Shown here in pieces: positions 28,458 to 39,138 of a DNA stretch of 64,000 nucleotides. Position 1 is the stretch's first letter; every line of letters starts with the position of its first letter. The notes under the pieces are model-generated. The model ran no database searches and was not told where the DNA came from. It saw nothing but the letters and a program-made list of their open reading frames with translations. Origin of the DNA: an uncultured Acidimicrobiales bacterium (GTDB taxonomy: Bacteria > Actinomycetota > Acidimicrobiia > Acidimicrobiales > UBA10347). The position numbers and the translations under genes were made by a program. The stretch spans positions 62,001-126,000 of the forward strand of contig CALSSD010000004.1 of the NCBI GenBank assembly GCA_943788915.1, read 5' to 3'.

Positions 28458-29739
28458 ATGACTACCGACGCCCCGGGACTTTTTGACGGGATACGCATCC
28501 TTGAGATCGGCCAGTTCGTAGCTGCGCCGATTTCGGCGCAGCTGTTCGCGCACGGCAACGCGGATGTGATCAAGCTTGAGCCGGTGACCGGTGACCTGAC
28601 TCGGGTTATCGACCCGCTGGTCTCACCCGAAGGTGAGCTCACCGAGGGCCGCCAGTATGTGGTCAAGGCATTTGGAAAACGGGCTATCCCTATCGATCTG
28701 TCGACCGAGGCGGGGCGCTCAGCTCGCCCACGAACTTGCCGCTAGTTGTGACGTTGTGATCAGCAATCTGCGGCCCGGAACGGCGCCTCGTCTCGGTCTC
28801 GACTTCGAGTCGCTTCGGCCGAACAATCCCGGGCTGATCTATGGCGAGATCAGCGGCTACGGCGACGACGGCCCACTCGCAACCAAGCCCAGTCTCGATC
28901 TCATCGCACAGTCATGGACCGGCCTACGACTCGCAAGCGGCGCAACTCTCGATGGCACCCTCGCTCACTATGAGCCCTACTTCTGTGACTACACGGCAGG
29001 CCTCTTGCTGGCGTTTGGCATAACGGCAGCATTGCGCCAACGCGACACCACCGGACTTGGCCAACGAGTCAGTACCTCACTCGCACACGCCGGACTCTTC
29101 GTGCAGCACCGCTCGGCAAGCCTGTTCGAAGAGACCGATACTTGGAAGCGAGACCTGGTGCAGCGGCGCCAGGCTGGGGAGCCACTTTCGGACTCGCTTG
29201 CGGACCGCGGGCAACGCACAGCACCCAGCGTGTTCTACTTCAACAGTTATGAAACCTCCGATGGTCTCGTGTCGGTCGGAGCCACCGGAGCGATGGGCCA
29301 GCGATTCAGTGAGATGTTTGACTCGACCGATCCCCGGACCACCGATGCCTGGGCCGACCGTGACCGGCGTCCCGAGTTACTTGCCGAAACCAGGTCGGCG
29401 ATCGCCCGAACGATGGCGAAGTACACGACCGCTGAGGTAATGGCGATGCTTGACAACGCTGGCATTCCTTGCGCTCCGCTTCGGTTGCTCGAGGAGCTAC
29501 TGGTCGACCCGGATGCCCACGCCGCCGGGCTCCTGCACGAGGGCGAACACCCCCGCCTTGGGCGTTACACGATGCCCGCGCCTCCCGTCAGCTTCTCCGG
29601 TGCCACCTACCGGGCCCGCCCCGAGGTTGCGGTGCACGGCGAACACACTGACGAACTGCTCGCCGAGCTCGGGTATGACCAAGCGACTATCGACCGGCTC
29701 GTCGCCGATGGTGTCATCGCACGCTCGAACCTCGACTAG
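28458..29739 (+). CDS. CoA transferase family III, frameshift near 28715
   Basis: FDGIRILE, ADVIKLEP, GKRAIPIDL; then DVVISNLRPG, ISGYG, FCDYTAG, TGLGQRVSTSL, GEHTDELL. Confidence 0.85.
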
Positions 29740-29747
29740 CAACGTTG

Positions 29748-31000
29748 TTAGTTGGCGCGGCGGGTTTCGTTCCAGGGGCCTTCGTCGGCGCGGGGTTCTT
29801 TGGGAAGTCCCAGGACTCGTTCGCCGACGATGTTGCGTTGGATTTCGTTCGACCCCGAGTAGATCGATGCCGGACGAGCACCAAGGAAGTGGTCAGCCAT
29901 GGCCTTCGACGAGCGCGGGTCTCCCTTCGTCTCGGTGAATACTGGCGATAGGGGTGCCTCGCCGGCAGGAGCCATTGCCTCGGCGCCGTAGAGGTGCATG
30001 CCAATCTCGGTCATACGTTGGAATAGTTCGCTCCAAAGCAGCTTGTTGATCGAACTCTCGGGACCAAGGACCTGGCCGGAGAGCACTTGGGTGAGCGAAC
30101 GCATGCCCAAAAATCGTAGGATCTGGACCTTGGAGTGAACCCACGCAAGATCCTGGCGCACGACTGGGTCGTCGATCTTGCCGGTCGATCGAGCCACGTC
30201 GACCAGCCGGTCGAGCACACCTTGCATGCGCAGCGACACGGTGGTGGCATCGTCGCCTCGTTCGAAGGCCAGCAGCTGGTTGGTTACCCGCCAGCCGTCG
30301 TTCACGTCGCTGATGACATTGCCGATCGGTGTGCGGGCTTCGGTGAAGTACACCTCGTTGAAGTCGTGACTCTGGACAATATTGATGATGGGCCGGACTT
30401 CGATGCCGGGCTGGTCCATGGGGCAGAGCAGGAACGAAATGCCTCGGTGTTTCGCTGCGGTCGGGTTCGTGCGACACAGGACGAAGATCCAGTTTGCGGT
30501 GTGGCCCTCGGAGGTCCAGATCTTTTGACCGTTGATGACCCACTCGTCGCCGTCGTCGACGGCTCGAGTGCCGAGCGATGCCAGATCGGAGCCGGAATTT
30601 GGCTCGGAGTAACCCTGGCACCATCGGTCTTCACCCGAAAGGATTCTCGGCAGGAACGTTTTCTTCTGTTCTTCGGTCCCGAGCACCATCAGTGTGGGGC
30701 CGATCATGCCAATACCGAAACCGTCGTTGGGCCTCCGGTGGGCACGCCAGCTTGGGCAAACTCCTCGTGCAGGACAACCCGCTCGATCGCCGATAAACCG
30801 CCTCCGCCATACTCGACGGGCCACGCGGGCGCGATCAAGTGATTGTCGCTCAACAACGTGCGCCAGTTGGCGACGAAGTCCTCGCGCTGATCTTCGGGGA
30901 GCCCGCGCAAACCTGACCAGTCGGCTGGCAGATGTTCGGCCAGGAAACCGCGGATCTTCTCGCGATACTGCTCGGCTTCGATCGAATAAGTTGGATCCAT
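29748..31000 (-). CDS. Acyl-CoA dehydrogenase (FadE-type), frameshift near 30735
   Basis: WPVEYGGGG in the first frame; WCQGYSEPNSGSDLASL, NGQKIWTS, FNEVYF and IYSGSNEIQRNI in the second. Confidence 0.9.
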
Positions 31001-31139
31001 GTGCTGCTACCTCGGTATGTGCTTCCGCATTCGAAGCTAGTCAGTGCAGCCCAAACAAACCGAGTTGAGCATCTTGCCGATTGGTGACGCTCATGCGAGG
31101 GGCCGCTGCGCGTCTTCCGGGACCGACACCGGTCAAGTG

Positions 31140-31304
31140 CCCAGATTCCTGATGACGATCTACACCCGCACGTTGGATCGGGCGCCGCCGAAACCCATGG
31201 TTGAACTTGAACGTGGTGAGCACAGTCTTTGTGTGCAACTCGGCGATGGTTTTCACACGGCGCTCGAAATTTTCGACATCATCAACATCACCGTCGAGCC
31301 GTAG
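31140..31304 (+). pseudogene. DUF4399-domain C-terminal remnant
   Basis: IPDDDLHPHVGSGAAET, a frameshift, then VELERGEHSLCVQLGDGFH...INITVE. This resembles the DUF4399 HxGxGxTE..L..GEH.L.LQ.GDG.H pattern; no N-terminus found. Confidence 0.55.
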
Positions 31305-31314
31305 AGAAGTTGTC

Positions 31315-32256
31315 CTAGTCGAATTCGATGACGCAACGGCCGCGAGTACCGCCGGCTTCGAGTCGAGCGTGGGCTCCGGAAGCTTGTGCGGCTGGGTAGG
31401 TCTGGGCGACTCGCAAGCCGACTTCACCGGCTTCGGTCTGGGCCCGTAGCTGGTCGAGCTTGGCGTGTTCTGTCGCGTAACTGATGACCCAGGTGACGCT
31501 GAAGGTGATGTCGCGCTGGGGTTCGCCCTGGTAACCACGGACCGAGGTGAAGGCGCCGCCATCGGCAATCGCGTCGATGACTTCGTCGTTCTGCACGCTG
31601 CCATCGGCCAGGCCATCGACGCCGTTCGGGAAGTGTTTGCGAACCTCGGCGGCAAACCCGGCGCCGCGAGGCACCACAATGTCGGCGCCGAGTGAGGTGA
31701 CCAGTTCGGTGTCGGCTTCGGATGCGTCGGCGATCACGGTCAGACCATCGGCCTTTGCGAGCTGTACGACGTAGCCGCCGTAACAACCTGCCGCACCGGT
31801 GACTGCGATTGTCTGCCCGGGTTGAAGTCCCAGCAGATCGAGCGACAGGCGAGCGGTCAACCCATTCATCGGCAGCGTTGATGCTTCGGCGTGACTCGTG
31901 CCCTCGGGGGAACGCGTGACCGATCCGGCCGGAAGGACCAGGCTTTCTCGATAGGCGCCGTGGGTGCCTTTGGGCACAACGATGGCCATTGCTCGATCAC
32001 CGACGGCAATGCCGGTAGTCACGCCCTCGCCGACTTCATCGACGATGCCAGCCGCATCCATGCCAGGCACGTAGGGCCCGGGATCTGCGGACTGCACCTT
32101 GGCTCGATCGCCGTTGCGCACATAGGTATCGGTCGGGTTGACCGTGGCGGCGTAGACCCGCAACCGAACCTCGCCGGGCCCCGCATGTACCTCGGGCAGG
32201 TCCACGAGTTCGAGGGCCTCGGGCCCTCCGTATGTAGTGACTCCAACAGCTCTCAT
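31315..32256 (-). CDS. NADPH:quinone oxidoreductase-like MDR family protein
   Basis: YGGPEAL, VNPTD, PGMDAAG, LPMNGLTA, VTGAAG.YG, AHARLEAGGTRG. Confidence 0.9.
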   Translation of the reverse strand: MRAVGVTTYGGPEALELVDLPEVHAGPGEVRLRVYAATVNPTDTYVRNGDRAKVQSADPGPYVPGMDAAGIVDEVGEGVTTGIAVGDRAMAIVVPKGTHGAYRESLVLPAGSVTRSPEGTSHAEASTLPMNGLTARLSLDLLGLQPGQTIAVTGAAGCYGGYVVQLAKADGLTVIADASEADTELVTSLGADIVVPRGAGFAAEVRKHFPNGVDGLADGSVQNDEVIDAIADGGAFTSVRGYQGEPQRDITFSVTWVISYATEHAKLDQLRAQTEAGEVGLRVAQTYPAAQASGAHARLEAGGTRGRCVIEFD

Positions 32257-32307
32257 GCCTCGACGTTAGACCGTCGCGCCTGATGCGTCCTTATACGCCA
32301 GGATGGG

Positions 32308-33105
32308 TTACCGCTTGTTCGCTGGTCGAGGATCAGCAAGTCGTCCGAGCGGTGATCGCGACCGGAGTCCACCATCGACGACAAGGTGCTCGCCAGTCAC
32401 GAACGACGACTCATCCGAAGCGAGCCACACTGCCGCGGCTGCGATCTCTTCGGGCTGACCGAGGCGACCCATGCTGTGCGCGTTCAAGTTGACCTGCAGA
32501 GCGGCTTCGTCTTGCATCATCCGTTTCACTGGCGGTGTTTCGATTGTCCCCGGGCAGATGGCATTGACGCGGATACCTTCGGCCGCGTGATCGGTTGACA
32601 TCGCCCTGGTCAGGTTGATGACCGCGGCCTTGCTTGCCGCGTACACGACCGCACCGCCGTCGCCGTGCAGGCCAGATATCGACGCGGTGTTGATGATCGA
32701 ACCCCCACCTCGTTCCCGCATTGCTGGTACCGCGAATTTGGCCCCCAGGAATACCGACCGCACATTTACCGCCATAACGAGGTCCCAGTCGTCGACGCTC
32801 AACTCGACCGCGGTGCCTAGCCGGATGGTTCCTGCGTTCGAGAACAGTACGTCGAGCCCGCCTAGTCGCTTCACGGTCTCATCGACCATCGCTTCTACGT
32901 CGTCGGCCTCGGCAACGTTCGCTGCCAGAGAGATCGCGTGACCACCGGCCTCGACGATGGCTTCGGCGACCTCTGCCGCCTTGCCGGCACGGATATCGAC
33001 CGCGACAACTGCGGCACCTTCGGCCGCGAACCGGTGCGCACTCGCCTCGCCAATTCCTGAACCAGCGCCGGTCACGATCGCGACCTTGTTCTCTAACAAA
33101 CCCAC
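32308..33105 (-). CDS. SDR family oxidoreductase
   Basis: GGAGG RBS with GTG start; TGAGSGIG, SNAG, YAASK, VNAICPG, VTGEHLVVDGG. Confidence 0.92.
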   Translation of the reverse strand: MGLLENKVAIVTGAGSGIGEASAHRFAAEGAAVVAVDIRAGKAAEVAEAIVEAGGHAISLAANVAEADDVEAMVDETVKRLGGLDVLFSNAGTIRLGTAVELSVDDWDLVMAVNVRSVFLGAKFAVPAMRERGGGSIINTASISGLHGDGGAVVYAASKAAVINLTRAMSTDHAAEGIRVNAICPGTIETPPVKRMMQDEAALQVNLNAHSMGRLGQPEEIAAAAVWLASDESSFVTGEHLVVDGGLRSRSPLGRLADPRPANKR

Positions 33106-33220
33106 TCTGTCCTCCAAACCCACGGTGTCCTCCGCATTCTCTTCGACCATCACGTGTCTAGCAGGCGCAACGGCAACGATTGCTGGAACTCGGTTGTTGA
33201 TGGGGTGCCAAGATAGGGAC

Positions 33221-34381
33221 ATGACCAACGGACGAACGCTCGTCGAACGTGCAATCGCGCTCACGCCGCTCGTTCGTAACCACGCAGATCAGGCCGAGGC
33301 TGACAGGCACCTCGACGAGACCGTTGCCGTGGCACTTGCCGAAGCGGGACTTCATCGACTGGGGGCGCCGCCTTCTTATGCCGGCGCCGACGCGTCTCCA
33401 CGCCACCAACTCGAGGCGATCGAGGCCATTACGTACGCCGATGGAGCGACTGGGTGGAACCTGATGATTGGCGTCGAGAACCTCGCATTGATGGCGCTGC
33501 AGTGGCGACACGGTGCCGAGTTGTTGTCCGATCCGCTCACGATCGTTTGTGGATCGACCGCTGCGGTCTGTCGAGCCGACGCCGTCAAGGGCGGGTGGCA
33601 AATCACCGGTCGTTGGCCGTGGGCCAGTGGCTGCCATAACGCTCACTGGTTCGGCGGGCAGGTCCTCGCATTCAGCGGCGATGAGCAGATGTCGCCACGC
33701 CCGGTTTACGCGTTCGCTCGTCGCGGTGAATTCGAGATCCTCGATACGTGGCATACGTCCGGGATGCGGGGCTCGGGCTCGCACGATGTGCTGATTGATG
33801 GACTCGTTGTTCCCGACGAGCAGATCGCGTTCTATGACAAGGCGTGGGTCGCTCGACAACGAGCCGAGTCGGTGCTCGCCCGAATTCCGCTCGGCGTGCG
33901 ACTCGCACACAACAAGACAGCGGTAGCGCTCGGCATCGCCCGTGCAGCCGTCGATGTGTTCATCGAACTCGCCGCGCACAAGACACCTGCGTTCGGATCC
34001 GTCAGCTTGGCTGAGCGCCCATTTGCTCAACAGGCACTCGCTCGGGCCGAGAGCCGTTTGCGGGCCGGACGTGCGTGGGTTCTCGACGAATGTGACCACG
34101 CGTGGGAGCGTGCGAGCCGTCACGAGCCCTTCACCGACAAACAGAAGGCGGTTTTTCTTATGGCCTGCGCCGATACAACCGCGGGGTGTGTCGAGGCCGT
34201 CGAGTCAGTGGTTGAGGCCGCTGGCACCACTGCGAACATGGCAGGACATCCACTCGATCGACTCCGGCGCAACGCCACCGTCGTGCGCAGTCATGTGACC
34301 GTCGCACCCCACCTGCGCGATGAAGCCGCGGCTCGCCTCCTCGGGATTACCACGCCATCCTTCCTGTTCGACCTGCCGTGA
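33221..34381 (+). CDS. Flavin-dependent monooxygenase of the acyl-CoA dehydrogenase fold (HsaA-like)
   Basis: DGATGW, GRWPWASGC, DTWHTSGMRGSGSHDV, LGIARAA. Confidence 0.85.
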   Translation: MTNGRTLVERAIALTPLVRNHADQAEADRHLDETVAVALAEAGLHRLGAPPSYAGADASPRHQLEAIEAITYADGATGWNLMIGVENLALMALQWRHGAELLSDPLTIVCGSTAAVCRADAVKGGWQITGRWPWASGCHNAHWFGGQVLAFSGDEQMSPRPVYAFARRGEFEILDTWHTSGMRGSGSHDVLIDGLVVPDEQIAFYDKAWVARQRAESVLARIPLGVRLAHNKTAVALGIARAAVDVFIELAAHKTPAFGSVSLAERPFAQQALARAESRLRAGRAWVLDECDHAWERASRHEPFTDKQKAVFLMACADTTAGCVEAVESVVEAAGTTANMAGHPLDRLRRNATVVRSHVTVAPHLRDEAAARLLGITTPSFLFDLP

Positions 34382-34436
34382 CGTAATGCCGCTGGTTCCT
34401 GGTGGTTCAATAGCGACAGAGTGCCAAGATGGGCCC

Positions 34437-35518
34437 ATGAGTGACACCGTGGAGTTTGACAAGACACGAGCAAAGGCCTTTCAAGCCAACATCGTCGGCA
34501 TCATGAACGGCGGGGCACTGGCGTTGATGATCAGCCTGGGCCACAAGACCGGTCTGTTCGATTCGATGGATGGCAAACCGGCTCGCACCGCGGTGGCGAT
34601 CGCCGAGGACGCTGGCCTGCACGAACGATATGTGCGCGAGTGGCTCAGCGCTATGGCGTGTGGTGCGATCGTCGACTTCGATCCGGCCACGGACACCTTT
34701 GCACTGCCGGTCGAACATGCCGGGCTGCTCACCCGCCGGGCGGGGCCGCTGAACCTGAGCACGCAGTGTCAATACGTCGCACTTCTTGGCGAGGTCGAAG
34801 ACGAGATCGCCGAAGCTTTTCGTAGCGGCGGCGGCGTGCCTTATGACCGTTACCCCCGGTTCCAGGCGCTTATGGCTGAGTCGAGCGGTCAACGTTATGA
34901 ACGCACACTGATCGATCAGGTCGTACCGATCCTGCCGGTGGGCCAGGCACTGGAAGCCGGCATCGATGTCGCCGACGTTGGCTGCGGCAGCGGCAAAGCG
35001 ATGCGTATCTTCGCGGCTGCGTTCCCTGCCAGCCGGTTTGTGGGCTTCGACATCAGCGAAGACGCCATCACCGTCGCTCGGGCCGAAGCGGCTGCGGCCG
35101 GCCTGACCAATCTGAGCTTCGAGGTGGCCGATGCAGCGGCAGCACTCGATCAGGTGGATCGGTTCGACTTCGTGACCACGTTCGATGCCATCCATGACCA
35201 GGCCCATCCCGACACGGTGTCTGGCCGGCATCTACCGCATGCTGCGATCCTGGCGGCACGTACCTGTGTGTGGAGCCGAAGTCGTCGAGCGAGCTGGCCG
35301 ACAATATCGATGAACCCATGTCAGCGTTCATGTACAGCGTGTCGACCATGCATTGCATGACCGTGTCGTTGGCGTACGGCGGCGAAGGGCTCGGCACGGC
35401 GTGGGGTCATCAGACCGCGGTCGAGCGGCTGACGCTGGCTGGTTTCGCCGACATCGATGTGACTGGCGTGCGCGACGACCGCAGCAACAGCTACTTCCTG
35501 TCCACCAAGCCAAAATAG
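34437..35518 (+). CDS. SAM-dependent methyltransferase with N-terminal winged helix (Rv2258c-like), frameshifted near 35220-35250
   Basis: GHKTGLF, LHERYVREWL, SGGGVPY, ADVGCGSG, FDAIHDQAHP; second frame YSVSTMHCMTVSLA.GGEGLGTAWG. Confidence 0.88.
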
Positions 35519-35529
35519 CCCTCGGGTGG

Positions 35530-36876
35530 TTATCGGTCGGGGGTGTCGTCGACTGCGTCGAGATGATCGAGCAGCGTCGGCTTGGTCCACAACCACACCG
35601 CGACCGAGAGAAGGATCGCACCGAAGATCACCACGGTGAGCTGGGGGCCCCACCAGTCGCCGAGGGCACCTTGGGCGAGCGAGCCGACCGGGAACGCGAG
35701 CGTGAAACCCATCACCCGCACCGACATAACCCGGCCCCGCATCTCGTCGGCCACGATCATCTGGACCGCAGTGTTGGTGGTGGCAATGACCACCAGGAAT
35801 CCGCCGCCGACGACCAGGAGCGCTGCGAGACCGAGCGGCCAGTTGGGCGCCAACCCGAAGGCGATGACGGCGACCGCGTAGGTGGGGAGTCCCCAACGCA
35901 CGAGCGCTGAACGACCGATCACGCCGTCCCACGACGACAACATCGGCGCGACCATGACCGCGCCCACACCGACCGCAGCCGCGAGCACCCCCAACACCCG
36001 GGGCCCGGCGTCGTAGACATCGGAGACGAACACTACGGTGAACTGGGTGATCGGATTACCGAAGAACGCGACGAGCATGGCGCACACGATGCTCACCCGG
36101 ATACCGGTCCGTTTGTTGATGTAACGGAGGCCCTCGCCGAAACCGGCGATCACGCCCTTCTTGGCGTGTCCGGGAACACGTTCGTTCGGCACAGGGCGGA
36201 CCATGGCGAGCGCAACGAGCACCGCGACAAACGACAGTCCGTTCAGGAAGAACGCCCACGCCGGACCAGCAACAGCGAGGAGCACACCAGCCAACGCGGG
36301 ACCGATCGCTCGGGCCGCATTGAACTGTGTCGAGTTCAACGTGATCGCCGAAGCCAGGTCTTCTCGAGGTACGAGAGCAGGCACGAACGCCTGCCAACTG
36401 GGAATATTGAGCCCGGCAAACACTCCAGTGAGCGCAACGATCACCAGGATCAGGGCCGGCTCGCGCCAATCGAGAACCCAGACACCCCACAGCAGGAAGG
36501 CAGCCGCCGCCATCGCGGTTTGGGTCGCCAGCAAGACTTTCCGTCGATCGTTCCCATCGGCCAACGCCCCACCCACGGGTCCGAGAAAGAACGAAGGAAT
36601 GAACTGGGCAAAACCTGCCAGCCCGACCCAAATTGCCTTGCCGGTGAGTTCGAATAGGACGAATGGCACGGCCAGGTTCTGCAGCCAGCTGCCCGAGTTC
36701 GAGATGATTGCGCCGATGAAGAAGATGCGGAAGTCTCGGTGCCGCATGGCCCGCATGCCTTGGCGGAAGCCCACGGGATGCGAAGCCGCCGGGCCGGTTC
36801 CAACCGGGCCGCCAACGTTACGCTCACCCTTGTGCTTGCTCCGAGGTAGCCGGGGTTTGTGCGAGCTGTCGTTCAC
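35530..36876 (-). CDS. MFS transporter (MFS_3/DHA3-like)
   Basis: RHRDFRIF, SNSGSWLQ, GGALAD, FNAARAIGPA, MRGRVMS; many TM helices; start codon uncertain. Confidence 0.9.
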   Translation of the reverse strand: MNDSSHKPRLPRSKHKGERNVGGPVGTGPAASHPVGFRQGMRAMRHRDFRIFFIGAIISNSGSWLQNLAVPFVLFELTGKAIWVGLAGFAQFIPSFFLGPVGGALADGNDRRKVLLATQTAMAAAAFLLWGVWVLDWREPALILVIVALTGVFAGLNIPSWQAFVPALVPREDLASAITLNSTQFNAARAIGPALAGVLLAVAGPAWAFFLNGLSFVAVLVALAMVRPVPNERVPGHAKKGVIAGFGEGLRYINKRTGIRVSIVCAMLVAFFGNPITQFTVVFVSDVYDAGPRVLGVLAAAVGVGAVMVAPMLSSWDGVIGRSALVRWGLPTYAVAVIAFGLAPNWPLGLAALLVVGGGFLVVIATTNTAVQMIVADEMRGRVMSVRVMGFTLAFPVGSLAQGALGDWWGPQLTVVIFGAILLSVAVWLWTKPTLLDHLDAVDDTPDR

Positions 36877-37029
36877 CGGAGTCCCATAGGACGACAGTAG
36901 ACAAATCCCCTGCTGTTCAGGTTGTTGTCAGGCGCGAAGTGCACGACGTGCCACGGTTGAGATGTTGCGGCGCCTAAGGGAAAGTTGAGCTTCGGGGTCC
37001 GCCAGGCATACGCCAACTCACCGAATGCC

Positions 37030-39007
37030 TTAGCCGCCGAATCGCACGAGAAGGTCGTCGTAGGTGGTCAACCAGATGTCGACGCCGTCGGTGGCGATGA
37101 GGTCTCGGTCGCTGTCGACGAAGCCAGGGATCAACCGAAGTTGCTCGATGAAGCCCGACGCGCTGTCGCGGACTGCGAGCACCGAGACGTTCTCGTCCGC
37201 GAATGCAACAACGCCTCCGACGGCAACGGCCGCGTCGGGATCGAGGCCCTCTTGGCCGTAGTCGTCGATGAGCTGCTCTGCCTGGGCTTGGCCATCTTCG
37301 ATGCGCCACAGTTGAGAAAATCCGTAGATGCCAACGGCGTCGCCCTGGTCGATGAGGTGCGTGGTGTACTGGGAGTCGACCTGATACTCGGCCACCAACT
37401 CGCCTGTTGACGGGTTGAGCTGGCGGACAACAGGATCCTCGCGGGTGGTGAGCCAAAGCCATCCGGCTGCGGTCGTCAGGTCCGACGAATACCAATCGCC
37501 GGGTGCGATGGTGATCTCTTCGAGGATTTGGCCGGTAACACGGTCTAACCGCAGCAGTGCGCCCGCGTTGTTGTCGGTGGCCCACAGGGCGTCGGCGGTG
37601 AGCTGCAGGTCGCCCACGGCTCGCTCCTGCAAGCTCAACCGGCGTGTCCAGAGTGGCAGTGACCGGGCTCACTCGCTGGATCACCTCGCCGTCGGCATTA
37701 GCGACCCACAGATGGTCTTGGTCGCTGGTGATGATCTCGACGCTGAACAGTTCCGTGGCGAATGCCGTCACTACCTCGCCGGTGGTTCCGTCGATGACAA
37801 GCAGATTGCCCGGACGTGTGCCGCCATGCTCATCGATGCCGCCGGCCCACAGGCGTGTGCCGTCGTGCACCAGGACTTCCACCCGGAGTACGTCGCCGAG
37901 GTCAACCAGCAGCTGACCCGGTTCGGCTGACAGACAACGTGCCCGGGCGGCATCGATGGTCACGACCGCTGGTTCGACCGCGATCTCTTGGCCAGTGAGG
38001 CCTTCGATCCGGGCCCCGAGGTCGGCGAGCTCGCGCCAGCCAACGGACCCGGCGAGTACGCGGTCGAGACACAAGGAGTAGACGATCGCGCCATCGTCGA
38101 ATCCGGCGAGCAATCCGCCGATCGGTACGCAGGCGTCGTACGCCTGAAGCATCGGGGCAAGCGCGTCGAGGTCGGGATCGTTGAGGTCGATCGTGAGGCC
38201 GGGGTCAACCGCGCCACGTGAGCCGACGATGATGCATGCGGTCTCGTCGCGAGTCAGTTCGAAGCCGATCACCTCGGCGAGATCGACCAGCCAATCAGCG
38301 GTGGCCTGTTCCTCGTCGGTGAGTGGTTGGTCGGCCCCCGGTAGCTCTCTGCACGCTTCTCGTGCTTGGTCAAGATCGCCAAAGGGAAACGGCCTGCCCG
38401 ATTGGTACACCGCAACAACGTCGGCCCAGCGGGTCCCGTCGCCGAGCAGATCGATCAGACACCTGGCCTGCGCATGTTCAGAACGTTCGATGCGCCCGCT
38501 TGAGAATGCCTCGGAGACAAGCACTACCGGCGAGACACACGCGTCCAGCGCCGTGGTCGTCGCAGCCAGGAGCGCGGGATCGAGTGAGGCCAAGAGTGCG
38601 ACCGAGTCTTCGTTGGGGTCGAACGAACCGAGGTCACCGGCATTACCGACTCGTCGAGTTCATGGCGACACACCGAGTGAGCTCGCCGAGATAGCGCTCG
38701 ACGTTGGCGCTTCCGATTCATCCGTTGTAGATCAGCCAGACGAGCGGCAACAGTGCGGACGGACGCACCACGGCCCGATTGGCCTCGAGGCCCTCACCCG
38801 ACGCTGCCGACTCGGCAGGGGGGAGCCCATCTTCTGGGTAGGTGTATTGGCTGGGACGGAGAGAATTGATGTGTCGGCAGGCGGCACGGGAGTTGCGCGA
38901 CCATCGGTGGTGCTGGAGCCGATCGTGACATTGGCTTGGCAGTCCACAGCGAGCAGACTCAGGTGTACAGCGAAAGCTACTGCGAGCGTGCCTCGTTGAT
39001 CTGTCAC
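37030..39007 (-). CDS. Large exported protein with a Cys-containing helical region and C-terminal beta-propeller-like repeats; several frameshifts
   Basis: Signal-like N-terminus (38732..39007), body (36974..38593 frame) and C-terminus (37030..37638 frame) with repeated G.LW(V/A)...D..TG blades. Confidence 0.5.
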
Positions 39008-39138
39008 GAGTACGTGCGTTAGTTGGAAGGTTGTATCTGCTGCCAGCAGGGTCAGCGGATCGGTGAGCCTGTTCGGTCCAACCGCTCCGCCCTAGCGGGG
39101 CGTGAGTATTCGGCTATCCTTAACCCGGACAAACGACG

